Assembly (NCBI GenBank): GCA_963575745.1
Contig: CAUYUJ010000070.1
Coordinates: 496,001 to 560,000 of the forward strand
DNA from: Prorocentrum cordatum
Lineage: Eukaryota
Reading direction: 5' to 3'
Length of the DNA: 64,000 bases
Below are positions 13,477 to 27,100 of this stretch, one piece after another (position 1 is the stretch's first letter; every line of letters begins with the position of its first letter). Both the position numbers and the translations under genes were made by a program. Under the pieces are notes generated by a model. That model did no database searches. It was not told the DNA's origin and saw nothing but the letters and a program-made list of their open reading frames with translations.

Positions 13477-14971
13477 TGATAATCCCTCCGGGTCTACACA
13501 AACGTCCATCGCGCGACCCCTCGAGTCTGAGCGCGCTCTCCGTCATCCGCCAAGGAAAAATGCCACGCAATCGGCTACCCTCCATCAGTAAGAGACTATT
13601 AGATCTGACGCAGATTCAGCCACAACGCCCAGCTCGCTTCTCGCACCTCGAAAATGTTTTTTTTTTCGCAGACGCAACCCCGATTCAGAGGTCCCGCGGG
13701 CCCTCGACAAGACCTGCCCGCTCTGGGGTGACCCGCGCACGCGCGCATCTAGGATACATCATGCGCGGCCACCACCATCTGGTGGCGGGCACACACGACT
13801 GCCCAGAGCCCTCCGGCCACGAGACAGGCGGCATGCCGCTGCAGCCGCGGTGGAGATCAAGCAAAGAGGGAGAGTGCAGAAGGCATGCTAAAGTGACACG
13901 CGTGGAAGGCAGACCGCCCTTCCCAGCAGAGCAAAGGTGGCAGCGTCATGCACCACATTGCGAGCACACAAGAACAGGAGACAACTGAGCACACGGAAAT
14001 TGTAACAGGGCGAGTATAGTAGTCCGGCCGAGCCAAACTCAAAGTCACCAGACACTTGCTCTGACATTCCCTGTTGCGACACGTACTAGACGGCGACAAA
14101 TGACCAGCCAATGGGCCCGGTTGAGACAAAAATGTAGAAGCAATGTTGTTCCATCACGATTGACAATCACACAACTGTAGAGCCCATGCTGCTCCTGGCT
14201 CAACAAGTGTAATGGTGAGGCATGAGGACAAGGAAGTTGTGTGAGATCCAGCTGCAACGGTTCGCCACTGTTTCCCAACGCGTTAGGCGGTCGCCCCAGT
14301 ACTCCGCCCGCCCTCTGGCGAGCGCGTCGCGGTAGGTACTGTAGGATCTGCCCAGGCTTTGCAGTGGCTCGCCCCCGTCGTAGTCGTCGTTGGACGGCAT
14401 GGGGCTCCACGGTGGTCGTGCCGCCACCGAACGCTCGGCCCTCCAGCGTGGTTCAATTCAGCGTGCGATGGCGCACAGAAAGAACAGAAATGAAACATGT
14501 CTCGCCATCTATCTGCAATCATGCTGTGCGGGGGCTTGCGACCCCGCTGGCACGAAGAAAATCGCCATAATCGCTCGAGCCAGGGCCTTTCGAAGACGCG
14601 TCCCGTCAACCGCCAGGTTCGAAGATACCCCGAAACCCTTCCCCCCTCAGACTCCCCCCAGTTGATAATCCCTCTGGATCTAAACAAGCGTCCATCGCGC
14701 GACTCTTCGAGTCTGAGCGCGCTTCCCGTCATCAGCCGAGATTTGATTAAGGGGGTACCCCGAACCCTTCCCCCATCAGACTCCCCCAAATTGATGATAT
14801 TTCCCTCCAGGTCTAAACAAACGTCCATCGCGCGACTCTTCGAGTCTGAGCGCTCTTCCCGTCATCCGCTAACCCTCAACTCCGTGCAGCGCGCCCCCCT
14901 CTATTAGTAAGATTGGTTTAGATATGATGCAGATTCAGCCACAACGTCCAGCTCGCTTCTTGTACCTCGAA
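13477..14971. repeat. Dispersed direct repeats (about 175 bp at 13477-13652 and about 14791-14971, partial copy about 14630-14735)
   Basis: Shared ttgat.at...aaacgtccatcgcgcgac...cgagtctgagcgc and gcagattcagccacaacg.ccagctcgcttct.g.acctcgaa. Confidence 0.8.
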
Positions 14972-15312
14972 GACGCTTCCCGTCATCCCTTGAGCCTCAG
15001 TCCTGAAGTCTAAAGATTTTGCTGTGGGGGCCAGACACCACATGCACAAATTTCCCGGAGCTTATCTCGTACCCTCTGGACTCGCCCGAGTGCTCCCGCA
15101 TGATGTATTCGGGGCCAAGAGACTCCAAGACGGCCCAAGAGACCCACAAGAGGCCGGACAGACGGTTCAAGGGCACCCCGAATCACTACCCCAGACGCTC
15201 AAGGCGGCTCCAAGAGGGCCCAATAACCAAGAACCCCTCGAAACGCACCAAGAGGTCTCCAAGAGCCTTCCCAAGAGCCTTCCCAAGAGGGCCCCGAGAG
15301 GCCAAATTCATG

Positions 15313-17278
15313 TTTTTCCCAACCATCCTGTGGTGTTGGGTCCTCGTTTTGAAGAGACAGCGCCCCGCGTTCACTCCTCCTCCACCTCCTCCTCCTCCCG
15401 CTGCCCCCTCCCTCCTGCCATCAACATCATCATCATCATCACCATCATCATCGTCATCATCATCATCATCATCATCATCATTATCGTCATCATCATCATT
15501 ATCATCATCAATATCATCATCATCATTCCTCTCCTCTCCTCTCCTCTCCTCTTCTCCTCTCCTCTTCACCCACCCAGTACACTGTTGCGTGGCTCCATAG
15601 GGAGCCCCACCGAAGGCCCCAGTACCCGCGCCCGCATGCGTCACCCACACCCATTTCGGCACACCCCTTACACGCTTCGTGGCTCCATAGGGAGCTCCAC
15701 CGAAGGCCCCAGTGCCCGCGCCCGCATGCGTCACCCACACCCATTTCGGCACACCCCTCACACGTTTCGTGGCTCCATAGGGAGCTCCACCGAAGGCCCC
15801 AGTGCCCGCGCCCGCATGCGTCACCCACACCCATTTCGGCACACCCCTCACACGTTTCGTGGCTCCATAGGGAGCTCCACCGAAGGCCCCAGTGCCCGCG
15901 CCCGCATGCGTCACCCACACCCATTTCGGCACACCCCTCACACGTTTCGTGGCTCCATAGGGAGCTCCACCGAAGGCCCCAGTGCCCGCGCCCGCATGCG
16001 TCACCCACACCCATTTCGGCACACCCCTCACACGTTTCGTGGCTCCATAGGGAGCTCCACCGAAGGCCCCAGTGCCCGCGCCCGCATGCGTCACCCACAC
16101 CCATTTCGGCACACCCCTCACACGTTTCGTGGCTCCATAGGGAGCTCCACCGAAGGCCCCAGTGCCCGCGCCCGCATGCGTCACCCACACCCATTTCGGC
16201 ACACCCCTCACACGTTTCGTGGCTCCATAGGGAGCTCCACCGAAGGCCCCAGTGCCCGCGCCCGCATGCGTCACCCACACCCATTTCGGCACACCCCTCA
16301 CACGTTTCGTGGCCCCATAGGGAGCTCCACGAAGGCCCCAGTGCCGCGCCCGCATGCGCCATTTCGGCACACCCCTCACACGTTTCGTGGCCCATAGGGA
16401 GCTCCACCGAAGGCCCCAGTGCCCGCGCCCGCATGCGTCACCCACACCCATTTCGGCACACCCCTCACACGTTTCGTGGCCCCATAGGGAGCTCCACCGA
16501 AGGCCCCAGTGGCGGCGCTCACATGCGCATGCGTCCCGCACACCCATTTCGGCACATCCCTGACAGGTTTCGTGGCCCCATCATCCACCGGAGGCCCCAG
16601 TGGCGGCGCTCACATGCGTCACCCACACCCACCCAATTCGGCACACCCCTCACACGTTTCGTGGCCCCATAGGGAGCTCCACCGAAGGCCCCAGCGGCCG
16701 CGTTCACATGCGTCCCCGCCACCCATCCCGGCACGCCCCTCACAACAACAGGTTTCGTGGCCCCATGGGGAGCTCCACCGAAGGCCCCAGTGCTGCCGCC
16801 CGCATGCGTCACCACCCGCACCCAATTCGGCACACCCCTCACACGTTTCGTGGCCCCATAGAGAGCTGCACCGAAGGCCCCAGTGGCGGCGCTCACATGC
16901 GTCCCCGCCACACATCCCAGTACACCCCTCACGCGCTTCGTGGCCCCATAGGGAGCTCCACCGAAGGCCCCAGTAGCGGCGCTTACATGCGTCTCCGCCA
17001 CCCATCCCGCCCCCCCCCCCCGCAGCAGCATCATGTTTCGGGGACCCATAGGGAGCTCCACTGGAGGCCCCAGTGGCGGCCCGCACATGCGTTTCCGCCA
17101 CCCATGTCGGCACGCCCCGCGCGTGTTTCATGTCCCCATAGGGAGCTTCGCCGAATGCCCCAGTGGCACCCATCTCGGCACACCCCTCACACGTTCCGTA
17201 ATCCTATGGGGAGTTCCATTGAAGATGAAACCCGCAGCTGCGGTACTGACAACTGCATATGGTTGGGTTCTTCGCCAG
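15313..17278 (+). mobile_element. Non-autonomous DINE-1/Helentron-like element, copy 1, with internal 90-bp satellite
   Basis: TTTTT, then CCCAACCAT (15318-15326) with an adjacent inverted GTTGGG, then a microsatellite, then the 90-bp array, then ATGGTTGGG (17259-17267) and CTTCGCCAG. Head and tail are shared with the copy at 49365-50599. Confidence 0.6.
15586..17220 (+). repeat. 90-bp tandem satellite array
   Basis: Unit ggctccatagggagctccaccgaaggccccagtgcccgcgcccgcatgcgtcacccacacccatttcggcacacccctcacacgtttcgt. Near-identical to about 16330, increasingly diverged after that. Confidence 0.97.
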
Positions 17279-17309
17279 GCTAATTGGAGTTCTCGACTGC
17301 TCGAGCTTC

Positions 17310-17645
17310 CGACGCTCCAAGACGGCCCAAGAGGCAGGCAAGACCGCCCCAAAACGGCTACAGAGGCCCCAAGAGGGCCCCGAGACGGCCCAAGAGGGCC
17401 TCAAGACGGCCCCAGAGGCGCCCAAGACGGCCCAAGAGGGCCCCAAGGGGGGGAGAAACATGAATCGGAAACCCAAGCCTTCCGCCACAAGACGCACCCA
17501 AGGAGGCCTCAAGAGGCCTCCACGAGGTCCAAAAGAGGCCCCGAGAGGTTCCAAAACAGTCCCCCAGAGGCCTCGAAACTGCGTCCAGGAGGCCCCCGAG
17601 ACGCCTCGACGAGATCCTAATTAACGAACATCCAAGAGGCCTCAG
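17310..17645. repeat. CCAAGA(G/C)GGCC-type short-unit degenerate repeat (also about 15115-15300, 37415-37720 and 61290-61540)
   Basis: Repeated ccaagaggcc/ccaagacggcc motifs. Confidence 0.8.
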
Positions 17646-18229
17646 ACCCAACCCAGGGATGTTTGCACGATGGTCTGATGTTTCCAACGTCAGCGTGCTT
17701 CCTCGATTTCGGCCTCTGAGGCCTGCTGTCGGGCCCTGGGGCCAAGAAAATTCGACCGGGGACGAAAACCTGTCCCCGGGGAAGTGGTAGGGACCTCCTG
17801 TAGGCGAGGATTGAAACCACCACGTCTTCGGATGTCTCGGAAGTCCCCTGGCCCCCATGCCGAGCGGGGCAAGCAGCTGCGAGGCAGGAGCCGCGCGCGC
17901 GGGCCGCGCGGCGCTCGCGCGCTCCGGCGCGGAGAAGGCGGGCACGGCGGACAGGGCGGGCACGGCGGACAGGGCGGGCACGGCGGGCATGGAGCCGGAG
18001 GCGGCGTCCGCCGCCTCGGTCCTCGGCGTCGCCGGGGGGTGGCGGCGGTGGCAGCCCGCCTCAGTCTCACCGGGCCCGCAGGCCCGCCCACGTGGCCTTG
18101 TGGCCAGCCGCGGGGGCCTTGCACCGTCCTCTCCCTCCGCCCCCTGCCGCCCTCTGGGACCTCCCTCCACCCCTGCTTCGTCCTCACTGGTGCCACTCCT
18201 CCTCGTCCTCATCATTGTCCTCCTGACCC

Positions 18230-18362
18230 TGCTCCTTTCCTCCTCCTCCTCGCCACTCCCTGATCCTTCTCCTGACCCCCCTCCTCCTCTCCTCCTCCGC
18301 ATCCTCCCCATCCTCCTCCTCCTCCTCCTCCTCCTCCTCCTCCTCCTCCTCCTCCTCCTCCT

Positions 18363-18403
<41 letters not shown>

Positions 18404-18440
18404 GCATCATCCTCATCATCATCCTCATCATCATCCTCAT

Positions 18441-18529
<89 letters not shown>

Positions 18530-19510
18530 GTATCAACATTACCATAATCATCAGCATCATCATCATCAGCAGCAGCATCATCATCATCATCATCAACATC
18601 ATCATCATCAGCATCAGCATCACCATCACCACCACCATCATCATCATCATCATCATCATCATCAGCAATAGCAGCAGCACCATCATCTTCATCATCAGCA
18701 GCATAGTCACCATCATCATCCTCATCAGCATCATCAGCATAATCAGCGACATCATCATCATCATCAGCATCATCACCATCATCATCATGATCGTCATCAT
18801 CAGCATCATCATCACCATCATCATTATCACCATCAGCATCATCATCATCACCAGCATCATCATCACCACCACCATCACCACCATCATCATCATCATCATT
18901 ATCATCATCACCATCCTCATCGTCAACATCGTCATCTAAGCATCATCCACATAAGCATCATCATCGTCATCATCAGCATCATCAACATTTGCAGCAGCAA
19001 CAGCAGCATCATCACCCGTGCCATCAGCATACTCATCATCGTCATCATCAACTGCAGCAGAATCATGTTCATCACCAGCAACAGCATCATCATCATCAGC
19101 ATCATCCTTAGCAGCATCATCATCGTCATCAGCAGCAGCAGCGTCAGCACCATCACCCACAGCAGCATAAGCCTAATCCGCATCTCTTCATCACCGTCCT
19201 CATCCTCAGCATCATCATCAGCAGCAGCATCACCAGCAGCAGCGATATCATCATCGCCATCATCAGCATTATCACCATTATCTGCATCATCACCATCGTC
19301 ATCATCATCACCACCACCATCATTGTTACCATGTCGTCATCGCCATCATCATCGAATTCCTCAGCATCATCACCCACATCGTAGAAAGTCTCACCCCATT
19401 GACCTCCTCTGCCCCTCATGGCCCCTCCGCCACACCGCAAGCATCGGCATCATGATCATCCTCATCATCTCCAGGGCGTCGTCGTCATCATCACCATCGT
19501 CATCACCATC
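18230..19510. repeat. (CCT)n/(CAT)n/(CAG)n trinucleotide low-complexity tract
   Basis: Directly visible; it produces the spurious poly-I/M/D/H ORFs. Confidence 0.95.
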
Positions 19511-22500
19511 AGTACGTTCTGAATCCACATAATCCTCCCTTGATCTCCTCCGCCCCTCATGATCCCTGCCGCCTCCTCATCCTCCTACTCCCCTCCGTCC
19601 ACCTGTCTCCTACGCATCTTTCTGTGTAACCCGACGACTGCTTCCAATGGAGCAGGCGCGGTGCAGCATGCCATGAATCTTGAAAAGACTACAGAAGAAT
19701 TATGCGGGCCACCGTGGGCGAGAACTGCTACTCTAGACTGGGCCATCGTTCAGGGGACACCCGATGAAAGAAACAGACCATGCCCATGCCCACATTATAC
19801 AAATCTGCTTTGGCCGCCGAGGTCACATGCCAGAGAGGAGCGCGCCACTGCTGCTGCGAAGACTGTTCCTCGTCTTGCTCTCCTCATGCTCTCCTCCTCC
19901 TTCTCCTCCCTCACAGTTAGATCGCCGCTTACAAGCACCAGCTTGTACACTCCTATGCCCCATTGCAAATGTAACGCAATTCCTTCGCACCAGCTTGTAC
20001 ATTCCCACGTTGCCTTGCAGATGCAATGCAACTCCTCCTCCTCCTCCTCCCCTCCGCCTTCTTCTCCTCCTTCTCCTCCTCCTCCTCCGCCTCCTCCCAC
20101 TCCTTCTCCTCCTCCTCCTCCTCCTGCTCCTCCTCCTCCTGCTCCTCCTCTTCCTACTCCTCTTCATGTTCTTTTTCTGCCCCAAGAGGAAGAGGGTGCA
20201 ATGCCCTTGGTCTGCTGGCCTCCTCCATCCCTTTCCCGTATAGATAACTCATCTCTGTCGCACCCCCAGACATGTCGGTTGGGCGGGCAGGGCACGTTGC
20301 CTGAGACTTACCCACCACCGATGATCCTGGAGCTGGAAAATCATAACACTTACAAGGATGGAGCGCGGGCCGTTTTCAAAATGGGGATCTCGCCCTACCG
20401 CCCCCAACACACACCACGTCTGAAAACCGTGCAAGAACCAAACGAATGGCAAGCGATTCACGTTTTTTCTCAATAAATACTGGACGATCGCCGTAGCGCC
20501 GCGCACATTCGTCTTTTGCAACATCTACAAGAGTGACGGGCGACTCCTTTTAAATTGAGCTCTCGCCTCAGCGCTACGCGCATGCGTCTTGAAGTCTTGC
20601 AAACGGTTACAACGATGGAGAACGTGCCGCATTCGAAATGAGGCTCTTGCCCCAGCGCCGCACACATTGTCTTGAAAACGCAAAAACTGCAAGGATGTAG
20701 GGCGGCTCCTTGTCACAATAGGGCTCTCGCCATACAGTGGGACCTAGGCCAGAAGAATATCCCTCAAGAACGCGATCGGCGTGTGGAAGAGGCTTTTCGC
20801 TCTGCCCCCCCTGAGGCTTTCCTGTCTGCCCCCTCTTCGTCGTCGTCGTCGCTCCTTCCACTTTCCCAGGCCTCCCCCTCAAGCGGCGAAGCAAAAGGAA
20901 ATTGAGCAATGTCGTAATCACAAAATTTAGCTACGTCGTCATTGAGTCGAAGGGAAGCCCCTTCCCTTTCATCTCTTCCCCGCTGGGGAGGTCCCGGGGG
21001 GGGGGTCCCGGGGAAGTCCCGGGGGGTCCCAGGTCAGATACGACGCCCCCCCCCCAGGAATCCCGCTGCCCAACGAAGCCCCTGAATGTCCCAAGAGACA
21101 AGAGACCCTCACGAGACCACGTCCTTTCTCCGTCAACATCTGCGGATACTACTACCACCCCCGAGCCTCCCCCCCCCCTCACAACCAACCCCCCTCCATT
21201 CCCCCCCCTCCCCTGAACCTCTGCCTCTACCTCCTCCTCCCCATCCTCCTCACCCTCCTCCTCCTCCTCACGCGGCTCCTCCTCCTGCTCGTCCTACTTC
21301 TCCTTCTTCTACCTCGTCGTGGTCTGCGTCCTCATCTTCAGGGTCGGCCGCACTGGCCGCAAGGCCTTCACAATATCCCTCAAGAACACGAGACCCTCCG
21401 CCGGCCAAAACACACAGAACATGCAAGGGTACCTCCCCAGGGTGCGCAAAAACATCTAACAAACACGAAGAAAACGAGGATACCCTCCCCGAACCGACCT
21501 CGATCTTATGCCTCGGTCCGACCGTAGGGCCGCGCACGTTTCCTCTAAAGAAATCAACTGGTACAAGAAAGCAGAGTGGTCCCTTTCAGAATGGGAATCT
21601 CGCCGTAGCGCCGCACACGTTGACCTTACAAATTTGTAGCAATTATAGACATGCTCGACGGCACGTTTTCGAAAGGGGGCTTTCTTTTGACTTATCCTGG
21701 AAGTTAAAAAACCGAAGCTTCGACAGATGGGGCAGCTGCACGGATGGAGGGTAGCTCCTTTCCAGCACGGGGTTCTCGCTTAAGACGCCCTCGGTGTGCA
21801 TGGCCAGACGTGCAAATGTACGCAACGGCTACACGGATAGGGGGCTTTTTTTTCCCCCCCCCCAAGACGGGGATCTCGCTGGACATCGTGGAACTCACCC
21901 CGTTAGACTGTACGGTCATGCACGCTCGCATTCTTGACTACACGCTAGCAGGATGCAGGGCAGCTCCTTTTGAAAATGGGGTGCTGCTCTTCCAAAAAAA
22001 AAGGCCCAAAGGGTGCTGGTCTTTCAGAAAAGGCGCTTCTTGTAGTGAATTGGAAGGCTTGTGGGGTTCTCTGAGGAGGGGACTTGGGACGGGAGGGTGC
22101 CTTGCAGCATCGCAAACGCATCTTACATTATTCATGGTACGTCTCCTCCTCCTCCTCCTCCTCCTCCTCCTCCTCCGCCTCCTCCTCCTCCTCCTCCTCC
22201 GCCTCCTCCTCCTCCTCCTCCACACCGCCAGAGCGATGGCCCTGCCGCGTGTGAGCCGGCAGGGGGCGAGAGGAGAAGTATCTGGCACTCCGCGAGCCAG
22301 TCTCCACCCCGAGCCGACATGAAAATCACCTCGGCCCGGGACAGGTTAGGCGAAGCCCGATCAGGCGCGGGAGCCGCTGCTGGTGCCATCCCCGCCACGA
22401 CAGCTCCAAGCGGCACCGCCACAGGCGATATGCCCAGGTCGCGCGAAATTCGCGTTTCGCGCATCGCGAGAGGCGTCGGACTCAGCTGTTTTCGCGCTCT

Positions 22501-22589
22501 CACGTCGCCCCGCTGGAGAAACCCAACGTTTACGACCAAGGACCTGGCCTTCCGCCTCTGTGTCCGCCGTCCAGAGGAACCAAGCACTG

Positions 22590-22760
22590 CATAAACATGA
22601 ACTGTCGGAGGTCCGGGCGGATCCCTTGGATCGGCGCTGGACGCCCCTCCCTGGCGCGCGAACACGCCAGGAACGGCGCCAGGGACGCCGCCAGGGGGTG
22701 CCCGGCGCAGATCCGAGAAATCCGCGCGCACCGTCGGACATCTTATGTTGATGCCGTTGT
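22590..22760. mobile_element. MITE-like element, about 170 bp (diverged copy of the family at 58970-59140)
   Basis: Imperfect terminal inverted repeats (ataaacatgaactgtcgga...gcggat / atccgcgcg...tcggacatcttatgttgat) and internal similarity to 58970-59140. Confidence 0.6.
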
Positions 22761-23949
22761 TTCTTCTTCGACCTTCGTCAGCCTGCTTATCATCTCCTCT
22801 CCCTCGCCTTCGCCAGGCTGCACTAACGGCCGGAAGCCCATCTGCCTGGCCAGGGTGACGGAGACGCACCGGGGGACACCAAAGGGCACTGATACCGCTA
22901 CTCCCTGGACCTCTCCCAGGGTGCGTCATGACCAGAATTTCGAAGCGCACCAAACGTTGGCGACGAGGGCCCCCCAGGAGGCCCCAAAAAACGAAAACGA
23001 GGGAAGGGTAGCGATATGAGTACCCTGTCCTCCTCTGACCACCTGTTCCACCAGTATCTGGTCAAGGGCCACGAAGCGCGATTGGCACCCGTGCCCCTAC
23101 AGGCGTCCTGAGACATCCCACGGATCGGGCGCGCGGGCGGCGGGTTTTTTGTTCGCCTGCGGGGGCGACCGCGCATTGCGAGTCTACCGTGCCGCTCTTC
23201 TGCGTCACGGCGGCAGGCACAGGCCTCACGAAAACGGAGGAGAAGGAGGAAGGAGAGGGAGGAGACGCAACAGCAGAATGAGGGGCAGGAGGGGGGAGGA
23301 GCCGCAGCAGCAGGATGAGCCGATGCATATCCCGAACTCCGACCGGGGGGGATGATGATGCTGGTGATGATGTTGGTGATGATGACGATGAGGAGGAGGA
23401 GGAGGAAGAGGAGGAGGAGCAGAAGCAGCAGGAGCACGTGGAAAAGGTGCCGAGCCATCTTCTCCGCACTTTCTGGATGTGTGTTTTACCACCGCTGGCG
23501 CTGGCGCGCGCGAGTGCCTAAATCGTGAATATGTGTGCCATGACACCGTGAAGCTCATAGCGACTCCAAGGGCGGCCAACAGTTGAAGCGGCAGATTACC
23601 AGAACTACACACGAGACTTGTCCAACAGATCACGGCGCAGAACAACGGCAACAGGAACGGGACGGGTCCCGTTGGCGACGAAGGCCACTTGCGCATCCTT
23701 CAAATCGCAGTACTTGTCACGCACGCCTTGCGCCGCACGCACCTCTCCCCCTCGAGGCCCTACATGTTCGCCCAGTTGTCCTTCCTCCACAGCTCGCCAC
23801 TGGTGGGCAACTTGGGGCGCCCCGAAGGTATCGCAACGTAGCACCCGGTGCTACTAGTTGAAGGCGCCCGCGCACTTCTGGATGAACACGCACGGGGGCG
23901 TAGCCGAACGAGGTGCCGATGTGGTGGAGGTCCAAGATATCGCCGCCTC

Positions 23950-26900
23950 CGCAGCACCTGTGATCAAGGATCTCATTGTCAAACTGACAGAACCACTCGA
24001 AAGTGTCTCAGTCCCTGCCTGTGTGTATCTTGGCTCCGGCGGGCCAGACCAGCAGCCTCTGCACGTGGTCGACACCACCGTAGGTCGGCCTGCGGGCAGC
24101 TCCCAGGATCAAAGGGGAATACCAAAGAATGCGGCTCAGTGCACCATGCTGACGCCACACCACGGGCAGCCAGGCGCAGTAGCACCTTTGGTCTGGACGT
24201 GGTATCTGGTAGGGCTGATCACCGCACCCGCGAAGTTCTTGCGAGCCTTCTTGGTGTCGGCGTCGTATACCTCCTGGATGGCCTAGGCCCTCTTGGGATC
24301 ATGGCCAGCAAGCTGCGCGAGAGGCGCCTCCCGTCTCTCCTGGGCTGCAAATGCGGGATACCTGTGGCGAAGCCACGCCTCACGCAGGATAAGGGCAAGT
24401 CGTTTCGGCCGTACCCAATTTCTGTCGGCAGGCCTCAGCGAGAAACAGGCCTCGGTGCCTGCATGTACCCATGTCTACGGCAAGTGGTCGTAGAGCTTCC
24501 ACCGTGTCCAGCGGAGGTGTCTGTTTTGTGCCCCTGGCAATCCGTTTTTGGCCTCCAGGAGGCGGGCAAGATCTCCGTGGGCTACTGCCGCCAGCGCCTA
24601 CTGCTGGCACCAGCACTTAATGTCGGTGCGGTGTCCCGTTTACGAAGGTGCGGAGTTTCACCACGGCGTGCCTTGGGATGTCGGTGGTGTGGAAGACGAG
24701 CTTTTGCAGGTGGTCATACCGGGCGACAGCAGGGACGGTCTCATGCCATCCGTACTCGGCCTTGCTGATCACCGTGGAGTCGACGATCCTTTGCTTAGGG
24801 AAGGGGGTCGTGCGGGAGCGAGCGTGCGCCGGGCCAAGGCGGCGGCTGCAGCCCACCTCGTTGCCTCCTTTTCCGTCTCTGGTCTCCGCTTTCCACTAGT
24901 GGCGGTGGCGCCGAGCACGATCAGATGGTCCTTAACACGATCGGGGTCGATTTCCTGGTGGGCGGCTGGTCGGCCGCGTCTGTGCGAATCCTTGTGAAAC
25001 CAGCGCTCCTTCTAGGCATTGTCACGCATGTCTAGGGCCCCCCCCCACTCACGCCACAGCCTGGCAGCACCGACGACGTCGTGAAGGCTGCGACCCTTCG
25101 CGTGCAGTCGCCCACGTAGAGCTGGTGCGACACCGAAGGGAAGGTCGCTTTTACCTCCCGCAGTGCCCCCAGCAGCACCGCATTGAGGCACATGGGGCTC
25201 CACGGATCCCCTCGGGGGATGCTCGTGCCGACGCGCCGCCCCTGTGGGTGCACGCACCCGCCTAGGAGGAGGTGCCTGCGCTGCTCGCTCCAAATGCTGA
25301 CAACAATGTTCACGATCGCACCCGTCATGCCGAGCAATTCCAGCACCTCCCGCACGAAGCGGGGGTGCATCGAAGGCGAAGGAATAGTCCCACGACGCGC
25401 AGTAGGCGCCCGCAGCGGCCTCGGCGGACACCTCCACCAGGGCGTCGTGCACCTCCTTCCCGGCCTTCGCGCCATTCATGTCCTCGTCCCACCACAGGTC
25501 CAGCTACCTCCTGTAGCTGCAGGACTTAATCCTGGCGCTGGCCCACGATCGATGCCAGGCAGAGCCCACTGGGATAGAGCAGAAGGCTTCCGCATCGAGG
25601 GAGTTACTTGTGACGTCCGCGTCCTCTTCCAGGAGGTGCGTCTGTCAGAATCCCCGCCACGCGGCCAGCACCCCCCCCAAGCGCCTCGACATGTAAGCAC
25701 AAGGATGCAAATCTTTCAGCGGAGAATTTCGCAAAGAAGAACTCGTCTCCTACCTTGCCGTCCGGCCCAGCGGCCTTCCCGCGCTGCTCCGACATCGCTC
25801 TCTAGACCGAATCTCGGTCGAGGGGCTGCCAGGGCTGTTCCTGTAGGTGCGGGACCCAAGCTCTGAGTCGGCGGCGGGCGGCGTCCAAGTCTGGAAGTTC
25901 ACGATCCCAAACTTCGCGCCACCTGCGAACCAGAAGCTCAAGTGCCTGCGTGCTAGATGCGGAGACCACGTCACCCTCCCGGACCGCTGTGTCCTTCGGG
26001 ATGTTGCCCTTGACCCACTGGTAGGCTGCCTGATCTGAGCTGCGCAGGCGGGGGCGCCAGCGTCCCCGCAGTTCCTTCTTGTCGTCGGCCTCGCTGCGCG
26101 TCAGCGTGCCAGTAGCCATGGCGATGGCCGCCTCTACTCGCCTCTGGCGGGCAAGTTGGGCGCCGGCTGCTCGCGTGCCTGGATCGAGGTCTGACACCCG
26201 CCTCTGTAGCTTCTTGCGCAGGCCAAGTGCCTCTCTGCAGGCACCTCGCCCGTGAGTCTCCAGCCAGCTCAGGCGCCGTAGTTTGCACAGCTGGCTCGAC
26301 ACCTTGCAGCTCTGGAAGCTGATCCTGTCCCTGGCGGAGGAGGCATCGGCGGTCCGTTGGATCACCTCTTCCGCGCCCTTGGTGGCGCGGTGGGCACCGG
26401 CTCGTCGAGACTTCGCGTGAGGGCGCCCAGCGGCACATGCGTCGTGCTGTCGCCCGAGTACCACGCGGCCTTCCACCAATCGCCCTCGGCGTCAGTGAGC
26501 ACGTCTAGAGCCGCCTGCAGCGTGGAATCGACGGTTGTGCTGGACTGGCCCCCTGCCTCGTCGGCCCAGATCTGGGCGGCGCGGTTGCCAGGCTCCGCGT
26601 CGGAGTCGAGCAGGAGGGAATGGGCGAAGCCAACGTGTTCAGGGCGGCCCTCCCAGAGCTCGGTCGTGACCTCGCGCCACGTCTCCAGAGGGAGCTCATT
26701 GGGCTTGGCCAGGTCGCGGTGGGGCTCGAGGACGTAGTCGGTGACCTCCCCCCCCTCCTCCCAGAAATCCACTGCGTAGATCTTGTGGTCGCTCGCCGCA
26801 CCGCCGCGGGCCGCCGCAGGCTCGACTTGCCAAGGGCGCCTGCCAGCAGTGCCCGACGTGATCGCGTAGTCGATGCACCTCGGACGTGCGTTGCCTTCGA

Positions 26901-27100
26901 GGCCGGGCCACCGCGACGGCACGCGGCCATCGGAGTCGCTCAGGTGTTTCGCGGTCTACGCCGCAAGCTGATCGGAGGCCTCGTTGGCCTCGCTGAGCTC
27001 GCCGTGCTTGGACCTCAGTTCGCTGTCGAACCTCATCTTCAGGTTCCCAGGGATGTCCACGGCGATCTCGGAAGCAAGCGCAGGACGATCCGACAGCGAA
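23950..27100 (-). mobile_element. Decayed LINE B (endonuclease C-terminus, RT, Cys-rich tail)
   Basis: APE C-terminal motifs RCIDYAIT...SDHKI (26362..26922). RT motifs WDYSFAFD, SIPRGDPWSP and LYVGD (25012..25479, 25032..25475). A CPWC motif near 24150. Frameshifted. Confidence 0.85.

Noticed and set aside
15024..16547. 457-aa and 453-aa repeat ORFs
   Set aside because: They result from a stop-free 90-bp satellite that is open on both strands.
15586..17220. 90-bp array (and the 39499-39880 array) as a CRISPR array
   Set aside because: Units repeat in full or have related linkers, with no unique spacers, no cas genes and a eukaryotic context.
17358..19532. Long poly-M/I/H/D ORFs here and at 46160-49449
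   Set aside because: They are translations of (CAT)n/(CCT)n microsatellites.
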